Origin: Bugula neritina
Taxonomy: Eukaryota > Animalia > Bryozoa
Length of the DNA stretch: 64,000 bases
Assembly: GCA_964035545.1 (NCBI GenBank)
Contig: OZ037769.1
Coordinates: 4,693,929 to 4,757,928, forward strand
Direction of reading: 5' to 3'
Part shown: piece after piece, positions 13,801-31,270 of the stretch
Position numbering within the stretch: the first letter of the stretch is position 1
How the letters are laid out: each line of letters opens with the position of its first letter
Made by a program: the position numbers and the translations under genes
The notes under the pieces: model-generated
The model's input: the letters and a program-made list of their open reading frames with translations, nothing else
What the model was told of the DNA's origin: nothing
The model's database searches: none

Positions 13801-16800
13801 AAAATGATTTGAATTCAAAATATGGAAACAGTAACATTGAACCAAAAGCATGCACATATTAAAACAGTTGCATTTTTAAAATTTTTTAGCATTAAGCAAG
13901 CTTCGACAGTCTACAGAATGAACACAGCACAGATTTACCTGTGGAAACAATTTGCTATAAACTTGAAGACAAATTCAAAGAACTATAAATAGTCAACCAA
14001 GTATAAGTATATACTCACAAACTCGTTTTTCACCTGGACAGCAACAAGTATTCTATATCCTGCAGCAGACGTTTGAAGAAAGTTTTTTGTTGTTGGTGAT
14101 CAGTTAACAACTTGAGAGAAATCTATCGCCACTTGACCAGTCTTTATTATTCAACAGTATTCTATAAAATGAATGCATATTCGCTTCAAGTAGACCTTAT
14201 GTTGATTATGCATTTCACAGTCTATTGTCCAATCAGCTTAATCAAGTGGCAACATTAGCCAATAATACTGAATTTGTTTTTCATGGTGTTAGGGTATTGA
14301 ACCTACTGTAGCTAGACTAAGTGTATATCAATTCCTTACAGCTTTTCAAAATATGCAAATATTGGTAATACAAATCATCAGGTGCTTTAAAATGAGAAAT
14401 CCTGTGAACTTCATTGTTCTTAAGTAGGTGAACTTATTTTGGCAAAAAAGCTTAAAATTTGAAAACTATAATGTTTGTAGTAATTGGCAAAGCAAAATAA
14501 CCGTTATCTAAACAGCTCAGTTCATGTACCACTTCAAATAACTTTTTGTAAGCTACAATTTAACCCTCAGTTCTGAGTTACCAGCTCTCTTCAACACTCT
14601 ATCTATTACTTCATAAGGATTTTACTAAAATATAAAACTATCTTTTAGTAGACAATTACAGATAAGCCAGTTAGTTATTAATAGATAATAAATACCTTTT
14701 CGGCCATCTTGAACAAGGCTTGTAAACTCAAAGGTTACATGATGCATGTCTGAAAAATAAAAATACAGCTTTTTTAATGTTATTTTAAAATAATTTTGCC
14801 TGCGAGAACTCTATGACCTAATTATAGGCAAACGTTTTTTAATTGGCTTAGCTTATCAATCGCTCTACTTAAAATAAAAAATAGTTACCAACAATTAGGG
14901 TTTCTGCTCTACTTTTTCGTGTAATTTTGCCTTATTTTTCTATTATTCAATTATAACCTTGCATGCTGAACTCGTGATTCTTACAGTGCATATTGTATAT
15001 AATTATTGCATTCCAGTAACAATTGCTATTAGAACCAGGTATAGCCATTGTAGACACTCTAATGTAGTTTTCACCTTGTTTTGGATAAGATAATAATATA
15101 AATTGCTTAAGTAGCATTTACATCCTGGCTAAAAGAAACTATGTGAAAGAATATCAAGTGCTATGGGCTGTATATTTATAACAAATGCTTGTCTAATTTC
15201 TTTTTTAATTATTAAATAAAAATTAAGTATATTGGAACGAATAAATTAATGACCGAGTTACCATTTACATATTTAATTTTATTCAAGTTATTCTAACAAG
15301 AATTCAGGTCTTCATATATAGTCATAGCAGGTCAAAATTATAGATTAGTCATCAGGTTTTAATATATTTTATCTGGAAAGTCTAACTCATCAGTCACATT
15401 GGTTTTGCTTAACTGCCTGCAAATTTTGTGTGACTTTGTGGCTCATCATTTGTTATTACTTATATTATTTATACGATTTATAACATTAATATTAGCTATT
15501 TATATTAGTTACATAATTCATGTTATTAATATTATTCATGTTATTCATATTATATTAGATTATCCATGCTATTTATAAGTATATTTTGCCATACATTGCG
15601 TCGTCATAGAATGACTAACATTGATATAAAGCTGCTGCTACTGTACTTTGCTGTGTTGTATAATTACTCAAATATGTGTAGTAAAACTTCTTTCTAATCA
15701 CATAGCATGAAGATGATTATTTGACGCACAATGCAGTTGTAGAGGTGCAACTTGTAAGGCAACACCTGCAACATATTGAGTATCGTTTGAAGTAATTTAC
15801 AGAAACATGCGTTTTTGTAATTGTTTCCACTTGCCTTATTAGATCATTTAAAGTTCACAGCAGTCATGTTTCTTTTCCTTAATGATAAAATGAATGTTAT
15901 GAGTTGCTGTTTGTGCTAAAAGGAGAATGTGCAAACCACTTAATAAATTAACTTAAAGCCTTAAAACTACTTTTTAGCAAATTATGTTTAGCCAATAATT
16001 GTCATCACATTATTTTTGCGTTATTCAGGATAATATAAATTAAAAAACTAAAATTTCTTTTTAAATTAATGTAAACTTTGATGCAAAATTGCTTTTATCA
16101 ACAATGAATCAACCACCTAATTTATGCACTGTTTGTGATGTTATAAAGAGAAGACAACACTTGATATTTATTTTAGATTATAGCCTAGCAACAAAACATA
16201 TTGCATGTGCATGCAGGTGCAGGCATAATATAGTATGAAAGATCCTGAATAAATTAATGCACTATACTAAATTGTGTTGTTAGACAATGCACAAACATGT
16301 AACTATGTAAATTTGATTTGGGTTCTTTTGGATGATCAGGTAATTAAAACTTTGGAGCAAGAGAAATCAAGCACTAACAGCTGTTTGTTAACTTAAACTC
16401 AAAACTAAAATTTAAAAGCCAAGTCATTAAACGAGTATGCACTATTTCCAGTAAATTGACCATATCGATGGAATTTCCAATTCATGTGCAACCAAAACTG
16501 GACATTGCGAAAACTAACAGCTGACAGCTAGCTGCAAATGCCTGAAGGTCTTGCAAATGACTTTGGCGCCTTCCAGTCTTAGTATTCTAACAATAACACT
16601 TCCCTGGAACTATTTTATCCTTGAGCATCAAGTATAAATCTATTTTTAGAATAAATCGGTAGAAATAACATGTATAAATCATTTAGTTTATTTGCTATGA
16701 GTATTTAGTAAACAAGCTATTACAAACAGCAAAGGAAAAGTTCAGTTATGTAAGAATTATGCAGAATTCATGTATTTATATTTGCTAGATTTGTACTACA

Positions 16801-18701
16801 TATCCCAAGGCTGTTATAAGTTTCAATTAGTTTGGCAAAACCAACTCATTTGAAATTCCCCAGTTATATATCTCTGTAGCTGCAGGGTATATTGCTCTAA
16901 AAATAACCAGAGAGTTAATGGGATTCCTTATTCAATAGTTATTAAATACATTTGCAAACACGTCTTTCAAAAGCTTTTCTTCTGTGAGAAATTAGAACTG
17001 GGAATAACAGCAGATGCAAAAAAACTCTATGGTTTGCAAACTTGTAAAAGTATGGAAGCTCTGTTGTTTATATGCACTGGCAGTATTTCTATGACGTGAT
17101 GATTATCGCTGTTGCTATCATCAACTCTAAGAAAGAATATACCAGTTAAAAAGCCTGCTTGTTTCCAGATATGATTTTAGCAGCATAATTTTGATGACCA
17201 TTTATCATATGGAGGATAATACAAAGCAACAATTACACATTTAGTACATATATGCTTTTTTATTAATCTCGAAATGTATGAATAGTATAGTTGATAAAAA
17301 TTAATATTGCACATTACGGGTTGGCAAAATAATTTACAAACAAATAGATAGTGTACAAGTAGCTGTTGTGTTTTAATATATAAAACTATTTATTGTCTCA
17401 TACTGAAAGAAAACAGCAATATGAAATCATTACATCATAAGTTATAAGTGCAGTTGCAAGTGTAAGAAGCAAGTGTCAAGATAAGTGAAAATGCTGGGTT
17501 TTTATATCAATCAAAAAGGACAGCTATTGTGTAGTAGCCATAATGAGAGTGAAAAAGCATCATATAGCTGGCATAGCTGTAATGATACATGAAAAGCTAT
17601 AATGTAATAGGAAAAGCTTCCCAACTTATGTAAAGTCTCAACAACAGCTTTAGTCTTTTTATAAAACAATGCAAGTGAAATAGAGTTTTCTATTTCAATT
17701 TTAATCTTTATTATTTTGCAAGCTGAAAATTTTTTTAAAGGAAGAATATAATAAATAGCATAATATAATGGTATGCTAGTCGTTGGATTGTGATAATGTT
17801 GAAATAGGCATCTGCAGTGTATAGCTTTTATAGAACATAGTTAATATACTGTAAAGATATAATAAAGATTTTCTTTATGGGGTTTTGCTTTACCACAATG
17901 CATTTAGTAGCATAAATAGAGGGGGCAATTCCATTTGGTAAAACATATTCATATAGGAACTTGGAATATTAACAAAGCTACATTAGTTTTAAAATAACAT
18001 ATTTGCGTGCAAATCATTTAGATAGCCCATATTCAAAAACTTGTATGATGAAAGTTAGCGTGCACTCTATATATTTAGGTTACAATTTTATATCATGAAC
18101 TAGTGAAGGTAATTTGGTATCTCCAAGTCATGTGAAATGTAAACAGAAATGCGGCCTTTAATACACTCAACGGCCCCAAAACCGAAATTGAGACATTGTG
18201 AATAAACAAGTGTTGTTGAAAATTCAAATGTCAACTTCAAGAGACAATGTATAAAAATTTCACTCATTGTTTTAGAAGTTATAGCACACATATGATGTGA
18301 TCCAGAGTATATACATCGCGTGTCAACGTGTTATACGCAATTTCTTTGTTTTGGAGGTCTTAAACAAAGGCACTCATATAAGATATTATATACAGATGCA
18401 AAACTTATAAATACACACGTTCAATAACTATTCCAGCTTTTTATTTGCATTCCTTCCAACAATATACCACTCATTTACATACACAATATTCATGCACAAA
18501 ACTTTTAAGAATACAACACTGTAAGGCAATCTACTTTTGTAGGTCTAGTCTTGTTTACTTAAAAAATATTCATACAAAAGCGATGCAAAATGATAACTAT
18601 TTTTTATGTCAAAAATAAGTCTTTGTTATAATTTTTCTATTTTTCAATTTTTAGATTATGTTTTTGAAAAGATATCATGTCAACTACATCACACCGCCAT
18701 C

Positions 18702-18837
18702 TCACATCATCATATTATGAGTATCAACAGATATCATATCATCATATTATGAGTATCAACAGATATCATATCATCATATTATGAGTATCAACAGATATCA
18801 CATCATCATATTATGAGTATCAACAGATATCATATCA
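18702..18837. repeat. 32-bp tandem repeat, ~4.3 copies
   Basis: Unit TCAYATCATCATATTATGAGTATCAACAGATA. Confidence 0.92.
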
Positions 18838-19894
18838 ACTGATGAAAGGTTATCATCGCTGCATATAATCTTCAACATAGTCTCATTGACTTCTGTCTGA
18901 GTCTAAAAGTTAACTTCTATAAATAAAATATAGAGCATTAAGTTTTGTGTTTTATAATGGAAAATTCATATTAATAAAGCAAATAAACAATTAATACCAG
19001 GTTTTTCATAATCAATGCTAGTGGTTTTTCAAAAAGAATAAGTTTTACATATTGCATGGGCTATAGGCTGTGCAAACACATAGATTAGGTTGTCTATTTT
19101 AGTTCAGCTTTTTAAATTTAAATATATTTATATTTTTATTTAACCAATATATGCTAAGGTTTGCATGCCTTTTACCTAATTTATTTAGATTTTAGTATAT
19201 TTTCTAAAATAAAAAGCCTACAATTTTCAAAGAAGGTGCTCAGCTCAAAAGCAATATGATAATTTGAAAACTAGGCTTTGCCGCATTCCAAGCTTTACCT
19301 TGACATTACAAGTTTGAGGTACACAGTCTAGACCTTGGTTAAAATTTTCTGTTAACGGAGTAGCTATAATTTCTTCAATATCCTGCCTCTCATTGAAACA
19401 GTTAGCAGCCACTGCTGGAGTGAGTGCCTGTTATGGTTGTCATGGGAAGATAAATAACTACAATGATATACAAAACAAGAGTTTAGAGCTGCGAGTGAAA
19501 TACTAAAATAATTATAACAAAACCAGTGATAATGTAGAAGAGTAGGTTTTAAAGCAACATAATTTAGTGGAGGTCAATAGCAAGCTAACTAAGATAAGTA
19601 ACTGTAGCGTATATTTTTCACAACTGCGTGTATCATTCCAGATGTTACAGGTGTTGATAATATTTTCAATTTTGCGACTAAAAAAATGATAATACATTTT
19701 AAATCAGTAGTACAAGCCATGAAAGGATTGTAAAAACAAGTTTCAAAACCCATTAGCTAAATTTTTAAAACAATATTTATGTTAGTGTGTCGCAGGTTTA
19801 AATGTTTGTAAGTGCTTCACCTTAGCACACTTGTTGTAGACAGAACGCCAACATTGTTAGAGTTGAGTTTGAAGTGAGCTGCGTAGAGATATTG

Positions 19895-22800
19895 TCAGAT
19901 TTGGCTTGATGAGCAAAAATATTGGGCTACTTCAATAGATGGTTCTTTTCTAAAGAGACTGCGGAATGTACCTAAAATAGAAATAGTAGCAAATAACGGA
20001 TTTATTGATCAATTACGCAATTAATTAGTAACCAATATTCTTTTAATCAAAATATGCCCAAGTAGCTTTAGATACATGTTTGGGTACTAAATATTATAGA
20101 CTGCTATCAATTTTGCTTTGCACTCATATTTTTTCACAACTTCTAGATTAAAAAGTGAATTAGACATGATAAGATTTAATAAATTTTAATTTTATTAGCA
20201 TAGTTAAAAGTAAGAAATGAAATTATAAGCTAACAGCCACAGATAGAGAGTGATGATCCTGAATTTCCAGGAATCCAAAAGCACCCCACAACACAGGAAT
20301 ATTTCATGGACACCACCTATGCTCTCACCTTTTGCGGAAGAAACTGATTTAGGGGTTTTGCAGATGTTTTAGTGGATTTTACATATTTTTTAGCAAACTC
20401 TGCTAAAATGCTGGAAATTTTCTGTGAAGTTGATTTTCTTTTTCTAGACCTTTCTACAGTTGGTAGCATTTGACTGTCCCGCTCAAAGTACAAAGTTGTT
20501 GCTGAAAGTTCACAAAATTCAACAAATTAACAACATTTTCAAACATCATGTGAATTTTCAAGCAATTTTCTTTACCAATATAGCACAACTACATAACTTT
20601 TTCAATGTTAATTTTTGTGGTTACAAAATCATTTCAAAACTATTAAAATATAAGGGCGCTTTAGATTTTCTACTCGCAGGGAATCGGAAAGCGCCCTTAC
20701 TAAAAGATAACATTTGCTCACATTATTTTCTTCTAATATGTTCCAAACATTCGCTTGAATTTCTGTTTTCACCCAGAATTTATTCGTACCAGTTTCACTA
20801 GTATGTTTGCACTTTAAAGATATCAACCAGTCAAAATAGCTACTGGTGACTCGAAATAAAGTTAACAAAATCCAAAGTAACTCAACTCAGACTACAACTG
20901 ACAGTCTGTTTAACATCTACAATCAACCTGCAGCAAACAGTACAGCCAACAGCTACATTTTCAATTATGACCATAAATGGGCGTTTACCAACAGCAGCCT
21001 ATAATATTAGGTCAGCAGACGTATAAGAGTGCTGCCGATGAACTATGCTTGCATACCTGAAGGCATGAGCTGGACAATGGCTTTCCATTTATTTTCATTG
21101 TCAGCACCAGAAGAGAGAGAAGGAGATCCAGAACTTGTTTCAGGTTTTCCATCCTCCTTATTTCCAGTCGCTGCCGTGTCAATGCTCAACCAGGCAACCA
21201 GGCAGCACATCAGGAACATGAATATGGACACTGCTATTATCAAGGATGTGGTTGAGTTGTGTGTTCCGAGACGCTGACTGGACTCTGTAAATAACACAGA
21301 ACAGTGTAATAAATTACGTTAACTATGATGATATAGACAAGTGTGATGAAGCATATATTAACTATATAATAATATATAAAATTATGCAAAACTATATTTA
21401 TTAAAACAATATAGAGTAATATATTAAATTATAATAATATGATTATTATATAGAATAATATAATAAATGATGTATAATAGTTATGATATTATAGTTTTAT
21501 AATAAATTATACAAGTTATATGGGAATAAAATAAATTATATTAGCTATGATAATACAGGATAATATAATAAACCATATATTATTTTTAACCCATTTAATA
21601 AACTTTATTATAAAAATATCATATAACTGTAAGTTTTAACAGAACTATAATATTCTATAAGCTAACTTCATTTTAGGTATGTAGTCCTTATGGTTTAATG
21701 GTTAGCACGCCTGCTTGCAATCTGGATGTCTCGAGTTTGAATGGTCCCAGTGGGGGTAGAAGTTTTAAAGTTACATCAATATAGAGAGCTTTCCCAGCAG
21801 TATCAAATACTTTAGAGACTTGAATGCCGGCAGTAACTTGACATTACACTACATCCTATTACAACTTACCTACATCCAAGTCAGTAAGTTCAGCAATAGT
21901 TAAGTTTGTAAAGTTGTCGGATGGCGTGCTAGATACCACTCTAACGTCTGTGACTACACTCATAGTGAACGTTGATTTTGCTGTCGTAGATTTGTAGGAT
22001 GTGTTTTTCCTTTCCGAACAATGCTTTCCTACCCATGGCTCACGGCATATACAAGTATAACTAGTAAGAGACGTTGAGAGACAACTCCCATTATGTTGAC
22101 ATGGTGCTGAGATACACGGGCTAAGAACATCACATCTACAACACGATATTAGATAGTACTATCACTAATATGTGACATTAATAATATTATAATGTTTAGC
22201 TCAAAAACGTAATTCTTAGAGCTAAAAATTTAATAACTATAAAGTTTAAAAATGAAACAGTTTGTTAAAGGGGGAAGATCTTGAAATTCTGTTTTGAGCT
22301 TTTGACACAAATATTCAAATACGACATCAGAGATCAATTTTCAATTCTGACGATGATTTGTTTATTGTTTGCCCAAATTTAATCTAAATAATGTTAATTT
22401 TAACAAGTTTTTTTTTTAAAATGACTTTAGCAGAAAATTCTACAAGAAAATGCATATACGCACACTAACCACACACATGCACGCATGCACGTCAAAAAGG
22501 CAAATATGTATATCTAAGATAACCTCACCTAGGACCAAGCCACTGGTGATGACATTTACACTGCACGCCACCTAACACTGGTGTACATACACCATGTTCA
22601 CCACAAATGTTTGTGTTGTTCAGACAAGTATTTGGATACTTCTGACATTGGAGCCCCTCAAACGGTGGTGGGCAGATGCAATAGAAACCAAGGCTTGAGA
22701 ATATATTTACAACACATGTACCTTGGTTCATACAAGGTATAGAAGTACACGGGTTGGGGCTCAACTCTACCTATAGTGCATGTATATACAAGTTGATCAT

Positions 22801-24757
22801 GTTTCAAATTTGTTACATCACTGGCAAATAAAGGTACACACTATGTAGTTTTAAAAAATAAAAATTAAATTTTAGTTAGGAAATTTTCATCTAACTATGT
22901 AACTGTGTAAAAATTCTATTCTTAATATTGTATAACATTACATAACATAACATTACAAGTGATCACTAACATCATATACATACATGGTCACATGAAGAGA
23001 TAGATGGCGGACAGTTGCAAGCATGTAGAAACTTCTCTTTTTGAAACGACATGAGGTTACTAGGGGGGCTAGATGGCCGCAGTGAGCACACCCCTTGGTG
23101 TTTGCAGTTAGAGCTGTCACAGGGCTCTTTGAGGGGGGAAGTAGCAATCCTTAACTCGAATGACAATTGCCTGTTAAGATGATAAACTAAAATCATGGAA
23201 ACTTGAGTTTCCACAAATAAATAAAAAGGTAAGTGGTAGATTGTAACTCAATTCACCATTTTAAAGGGGGCAATAATTGAATAATGAAGTAGGATTAGAT
23301 TAGGAAACTCTAAGATATCATTATCTATATAGTATTCATATAATATATATTATTTAGGTAAATTTATCTCACCTAAATGGTAATATCTCAGGCCATTCTA
23401 CCTCTTTCTTGTACCGAATCCATAGATCATTAGTTGTAGTCTGTAACCTTCTTGGCATCCATCGATAGGGGGCATCCATGCACTGCCCTTCCCATAAAAC
23501 TTTTTCAATTTTGCCTACTATTTCATATATCACTAAAGCTCCATTTGCACATCTGCAAGTTCAGATAAATTAAGATCTTACATTGCTCCAAAGCACTAAA
23601 ATGATTTAAAATTAGTAATGAGAAATGATGTGACAAAAAGTGAGGTGACCACCATTGTTTAAAGTCATAGACTTTAAACTGCATAAAATAATGTTTTACA
23701 GAGCTTAAGGAAAAGCTTTCAGCGCAAAAGTTGAAAAAGTTAGATAATTTATGTGTGATGCATTTATTGGACAGTTATAAATAGTAATAATCAATGCTCT
23801 TTATTTTTATGTACCTTTTGAAATTTACAAGTAAATAAATAGCAAAACATACAAACATACTTATGAAGTGCAGGATATTGCAGAAAGTCGAGATGTAAGA
23901 TTCCTTTAGATCTTCCAAAGCTGAGCAGACAACTCCCATATAGCCTGTAATTCTGGTTGGATGGTGATGGTTTTAGTACGATAGCCGTAGCATCCCCAGA
24001 CAGCTTAGCGTAAAGTGTGGAGTTGCAGTACCTGTTCCATAAACCATTCTCTGTTATGAATACTGGGACAGCACCCAGTACCAGCTGAGCACCTAGTAGC
24101 AGTAAATGCTTGCTAAGTCAGCATGAAACCCTATTCATATAGATTCTAGTGTGTTGAAAAGTCATCTATAAGCAGCCCGGAGTTGGGGGTGACTTGATGC
24201 AGTGGTTCAGAGTTGGGTTTCAAACTACCAACCTAAGCTTCCAACTCCAAACTCGAGAACCCCAAAATACTGCACTCAGTCACCCCAAACTCGGAGCTGC
24301 TTATAGAAAGACTCAAGATGCAAAGTCTTATAAAATCACAACCTCCTTAGTAGGCCTACGGCTACGAAACCATGCATGTAACATGCAATACTTTTATTCC
24401 TGATTTTGATTGCTGATATTTTTTGCTGCTGCACCTATATTAGTCACTAAGCTGCCTTAAATGTTAATTCAAGACATTATTTATTATAAATCCGATATGC
24501 TTGGGTGTACTACCCTGAAGTTGTATTTAGCCAATAGCCAATATATGATTGCATCTAATATGTAATATTTCAACATTGCATAAAATTAAATGTAAATTGT
24601 CAGTGACTCTCGGTGAAGTCCGCATTTGAAAAATTCGAGCTCTAAACATTAGTCTGGCTAGACACACAAAATGCAGATAATTTACTTCATCTACAATAGA
24701 AAGCTAGAGGGACTTACCAATACACAGTAAAACAGCAGTAACCATGCCAGATGGCAT
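19895..24757 (-). CDS. Type I transmembrane protein: signal peptide, divergent CUB-like region, 4 EGF-like repeats, Ser/Thr-rich stalk, TM, short tail (~483 aa)
   Basis: Exons 24718-24757, 23861-24092, 23373-23552, 22984-23170, 22529-22770, 21870-22135, 21057-21284 and 19895-19971 join in frame (1452 nt including TGA). EGF repeats include PCTSIPCMNQGTC..CICPPPFEGLQC and PCISAPCQHNGSC..CICREPWVGKHC. TM is LIIAVSIFMFLMCCLVAWL. The first and last exons are less certain than the EGF/TM exons. Confidence 0.8.
21684..21758 (+). repeat. Diverged member of the same tRNA-derived family in an intron of the EGF gene
   Basis: TGGTTTAATGGTTAGCACGCCTGCTTGCAA..GAGTTTGAAT..CCCAGTGGGGG aligns by eye with 39980-40052, indicating a dispersed family. 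Confidence 0.6.
24166..24306. mobile_element. MITE-like imperfect inverted repeat in intron 1 of the EGF gene
   Basis: Left CTATAAGCAGCCCGGAGTTGGGGGTGACTTGATGCAGT; reverse complement of the right end CTATAAGCAGCTCCGAGTTTGGGGTGACTGAGTGCAGT. Confidence 0.65.
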
Positions 24758-25002
24758 TTTTATGATTTGTACAGTTGTGTACAACAGATGGTAATGGGAT
24801 TGTTGGCCTACAACCTTCTGATTGTTGAGCAGGAAGGCAGAAAAATACAATAATACTGAGTAGCACAAAACACAGATGGAAAGGCCTAATTTAAATTAAA
24901 AAGCAGACAACTTAAATATAATTTACAGTAGGCCTATTGGTATAGTTATGCATGTTGTTACACCACACAAACTGAATGTGGTTAGTAGCAGGCAGTGGTG
25001 AG

Positions 25003-25088
25003 GTGGAAGTAGTGGTAGTAGCAGTGTTATTATTTGCAGTAAAAATAGTGCTAGTAGCAGTAATAGTATTAGTAGTAGTAGTATTGGT

Positions 25089-25127
<39 letters not shown>

Positions 25128-25262
25128 GGTAGTAGTAGTAGTAGCAGCACTGGCAGTAGTACTAGCTGCAGTAGTAGTAGAACTACTAGTAGTACAACTA
25201 GTAGTAATAGTAATAGTGATGGTAGGAGTAGTAATGACAGTGGTCATAGTAGTGATGTCATA
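25003..25262. repeat. Compound (GTA)n/(GCA)n trinucleotide low-complexity tract
   Basis: gtagtagtg/gcagcagca runs; the source of the spurious poly-Thr/Leu/Val ORFs. Confidence 0.9.
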
Positions 25263-25819
25263 GCATGATCATAGAATGAGTGAAAAAGGGTAACTAACTC
25301 CAAAATCACTGAAAGAATTATTTTGTAACTAGCATTGTATTGTACAAAGTAAATGCAGTTATTCAGTAAAAGATAACAGTGCGAAAATAGGAAACTAGTA
25401 AATGGAAACAAAACCTCTAACAGTATCTAATCATAAAAATTTCCAAGTGTTTAATTAGCAAATAGTGATCGTACTATTAAAAGTGGAGAATTACAACTCC
25501 AACAAAAACTCTAGTGAAAAATAAGCAATAGGAATTCCATGGGAACAAATAAACGCTATCAACTAATAGACAGAACTAACATTTAGGCCTACGCATATCA
25601 TAGTATCTCTTTACATCGGTGAGTTGACATTAAGTAGCTGATATGCAACTTCAAATTCAAAAAAATATTGCAAATAAGTTATATTATTGAATTATACACC
25701 CATAACCTCATGATTTGACTTCTACATTGGGTTTAATTCATTCAGTATAATATAATATCAGCAGTACAAGAATCTACTATGTGAAGAGGGCAAACAAATC
25801 TTAGGGTCCATGGAATTAG

Positions 25820-29928
<4,109 letters not shown>

Positions 29929-30867
29929 GATGATTTAGGTTGAGGTAACTGAAAAACAGGCAGAAGTTATTGGAAGTCACAACTATAGTGTCTTTACATA
30001 AGTTTTATACTTAATTTTCAACATACAATATTGGGCCCTTTTTACTCTTTTACTTTTTTGTGGTCAACAAATTTTTGTCTGTTTTTTATTTAATCTCGTA
30101 TACATACTTTCTCTACTATATCTTTGGTTAAAAGTTTTACACTATATATAGGTTATGGTGAATAATAAGTAATTTACTTTACAATTTGAATATTCAAAGT
30201 CTTAATTTCATTATTAAATCCCTGAGGGAGTAGATGATTTAAAAAAAGAAAAGGGAGTAAGTGGGTTTTATGTAACTACTGTAAACTAAACGTGAACCAT
30301 AATTGTAACAAAGAGTAAAATACTAGAAACTTTATAAAAAGATCGTCACTCGCTGCGTGTGTATAAGAATACTCCATAAGCAACTAAATAAATGAAAAAT
30401 CACTCATCACTCATCTCTTATTCATATATAACGAGATGTGTTAAAAGTTGAAGATCTAGGTCATGAAGGTACGAGTACTGATGGGAAATTTTAATAGTAC
30501 ACACATTTAGTTTTTACATATTCCCAGACATTTTCAAAAAATAAACAATGAACCTGAAAGTTATACAAGAAAGAGATCCAAGTCAACCAACCAAATTACA
30601 ATTTTGATCTCTTTGCAAACAGTGAAGACAGTGAATGTAAAGTTAGGAGATCCTTAGATTAGAATGGTTAGCATACACTACACTACTTTCAGTTTATTAA
30701 ACTATTTAATCATTATCATTATGATTATCATTATTATTATATAATCATTTATTATAATTACTATGAGCAATTGTAGCCTAATTTGTAATACTAGAGGCAT
30801 CAGACATTACAAACTGAAACTAAAAGTGAAAGCAGTGAATCAGAATGTTGTATTAACTTAAACTATC

Positions 30868-31270
30868 TATTACTATTAGTACTACTACTAATATTACTAT
30901 TAGTACTAGTATTACTATTACTAATAAACTGTAATACTAGTAGTATTAGTATTACAGTTGACATTACTATTACTATTAGACTTAGTATTACTATAACTAT
31001 TAGTATTACTATTAGTATTAGTATTTACTATTAGTATTACTATTAGTATTAGTATTACTATTAGTATTACTGAGTATTACTATTACTATTACTATTAGTA
31101 TTACAGTATTACTATTAGTATTATTGTTACACTAGTTACTATTACTTATTAGTATTACAATTAGTATTATTACTGTTACATTTATGATTAACTAATATTA
31201 ATAATATTATTTGTAAATGTTAGTAGTAGTGTACCCAGTACTATATTACTATTACAGTATTAGTATACTG
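30868..31270. repeat. (TATTAC/TATTAG)n low-complexity tract
   Basis: Repeating tattactattag units. Confidence 0.85.

Noticed and set aside
18702-18837. CRISPR-like array (32-bp repeats); also the 13-bp and 69-bp arrays
   Set aside because: Units are head-to-tail with no unique spacers, there are no cas genes, and the context is eukaryotic.
11000-19800. Possible hidden gene in the long intergenic region (e.g. exon-like 15706-15795 on +, ORF 18100-18291)
   Set aside because: I could not build a phase-consistent multi-exon model or find a recognisable motif.
24912-25263. Poly-Thr, poly-Leu and poly-Val ORFs resembling mucin or TM proteins
   Set aside because: They arise from a stop-poor trinucleotide repeat and are open in several frames on both strands.
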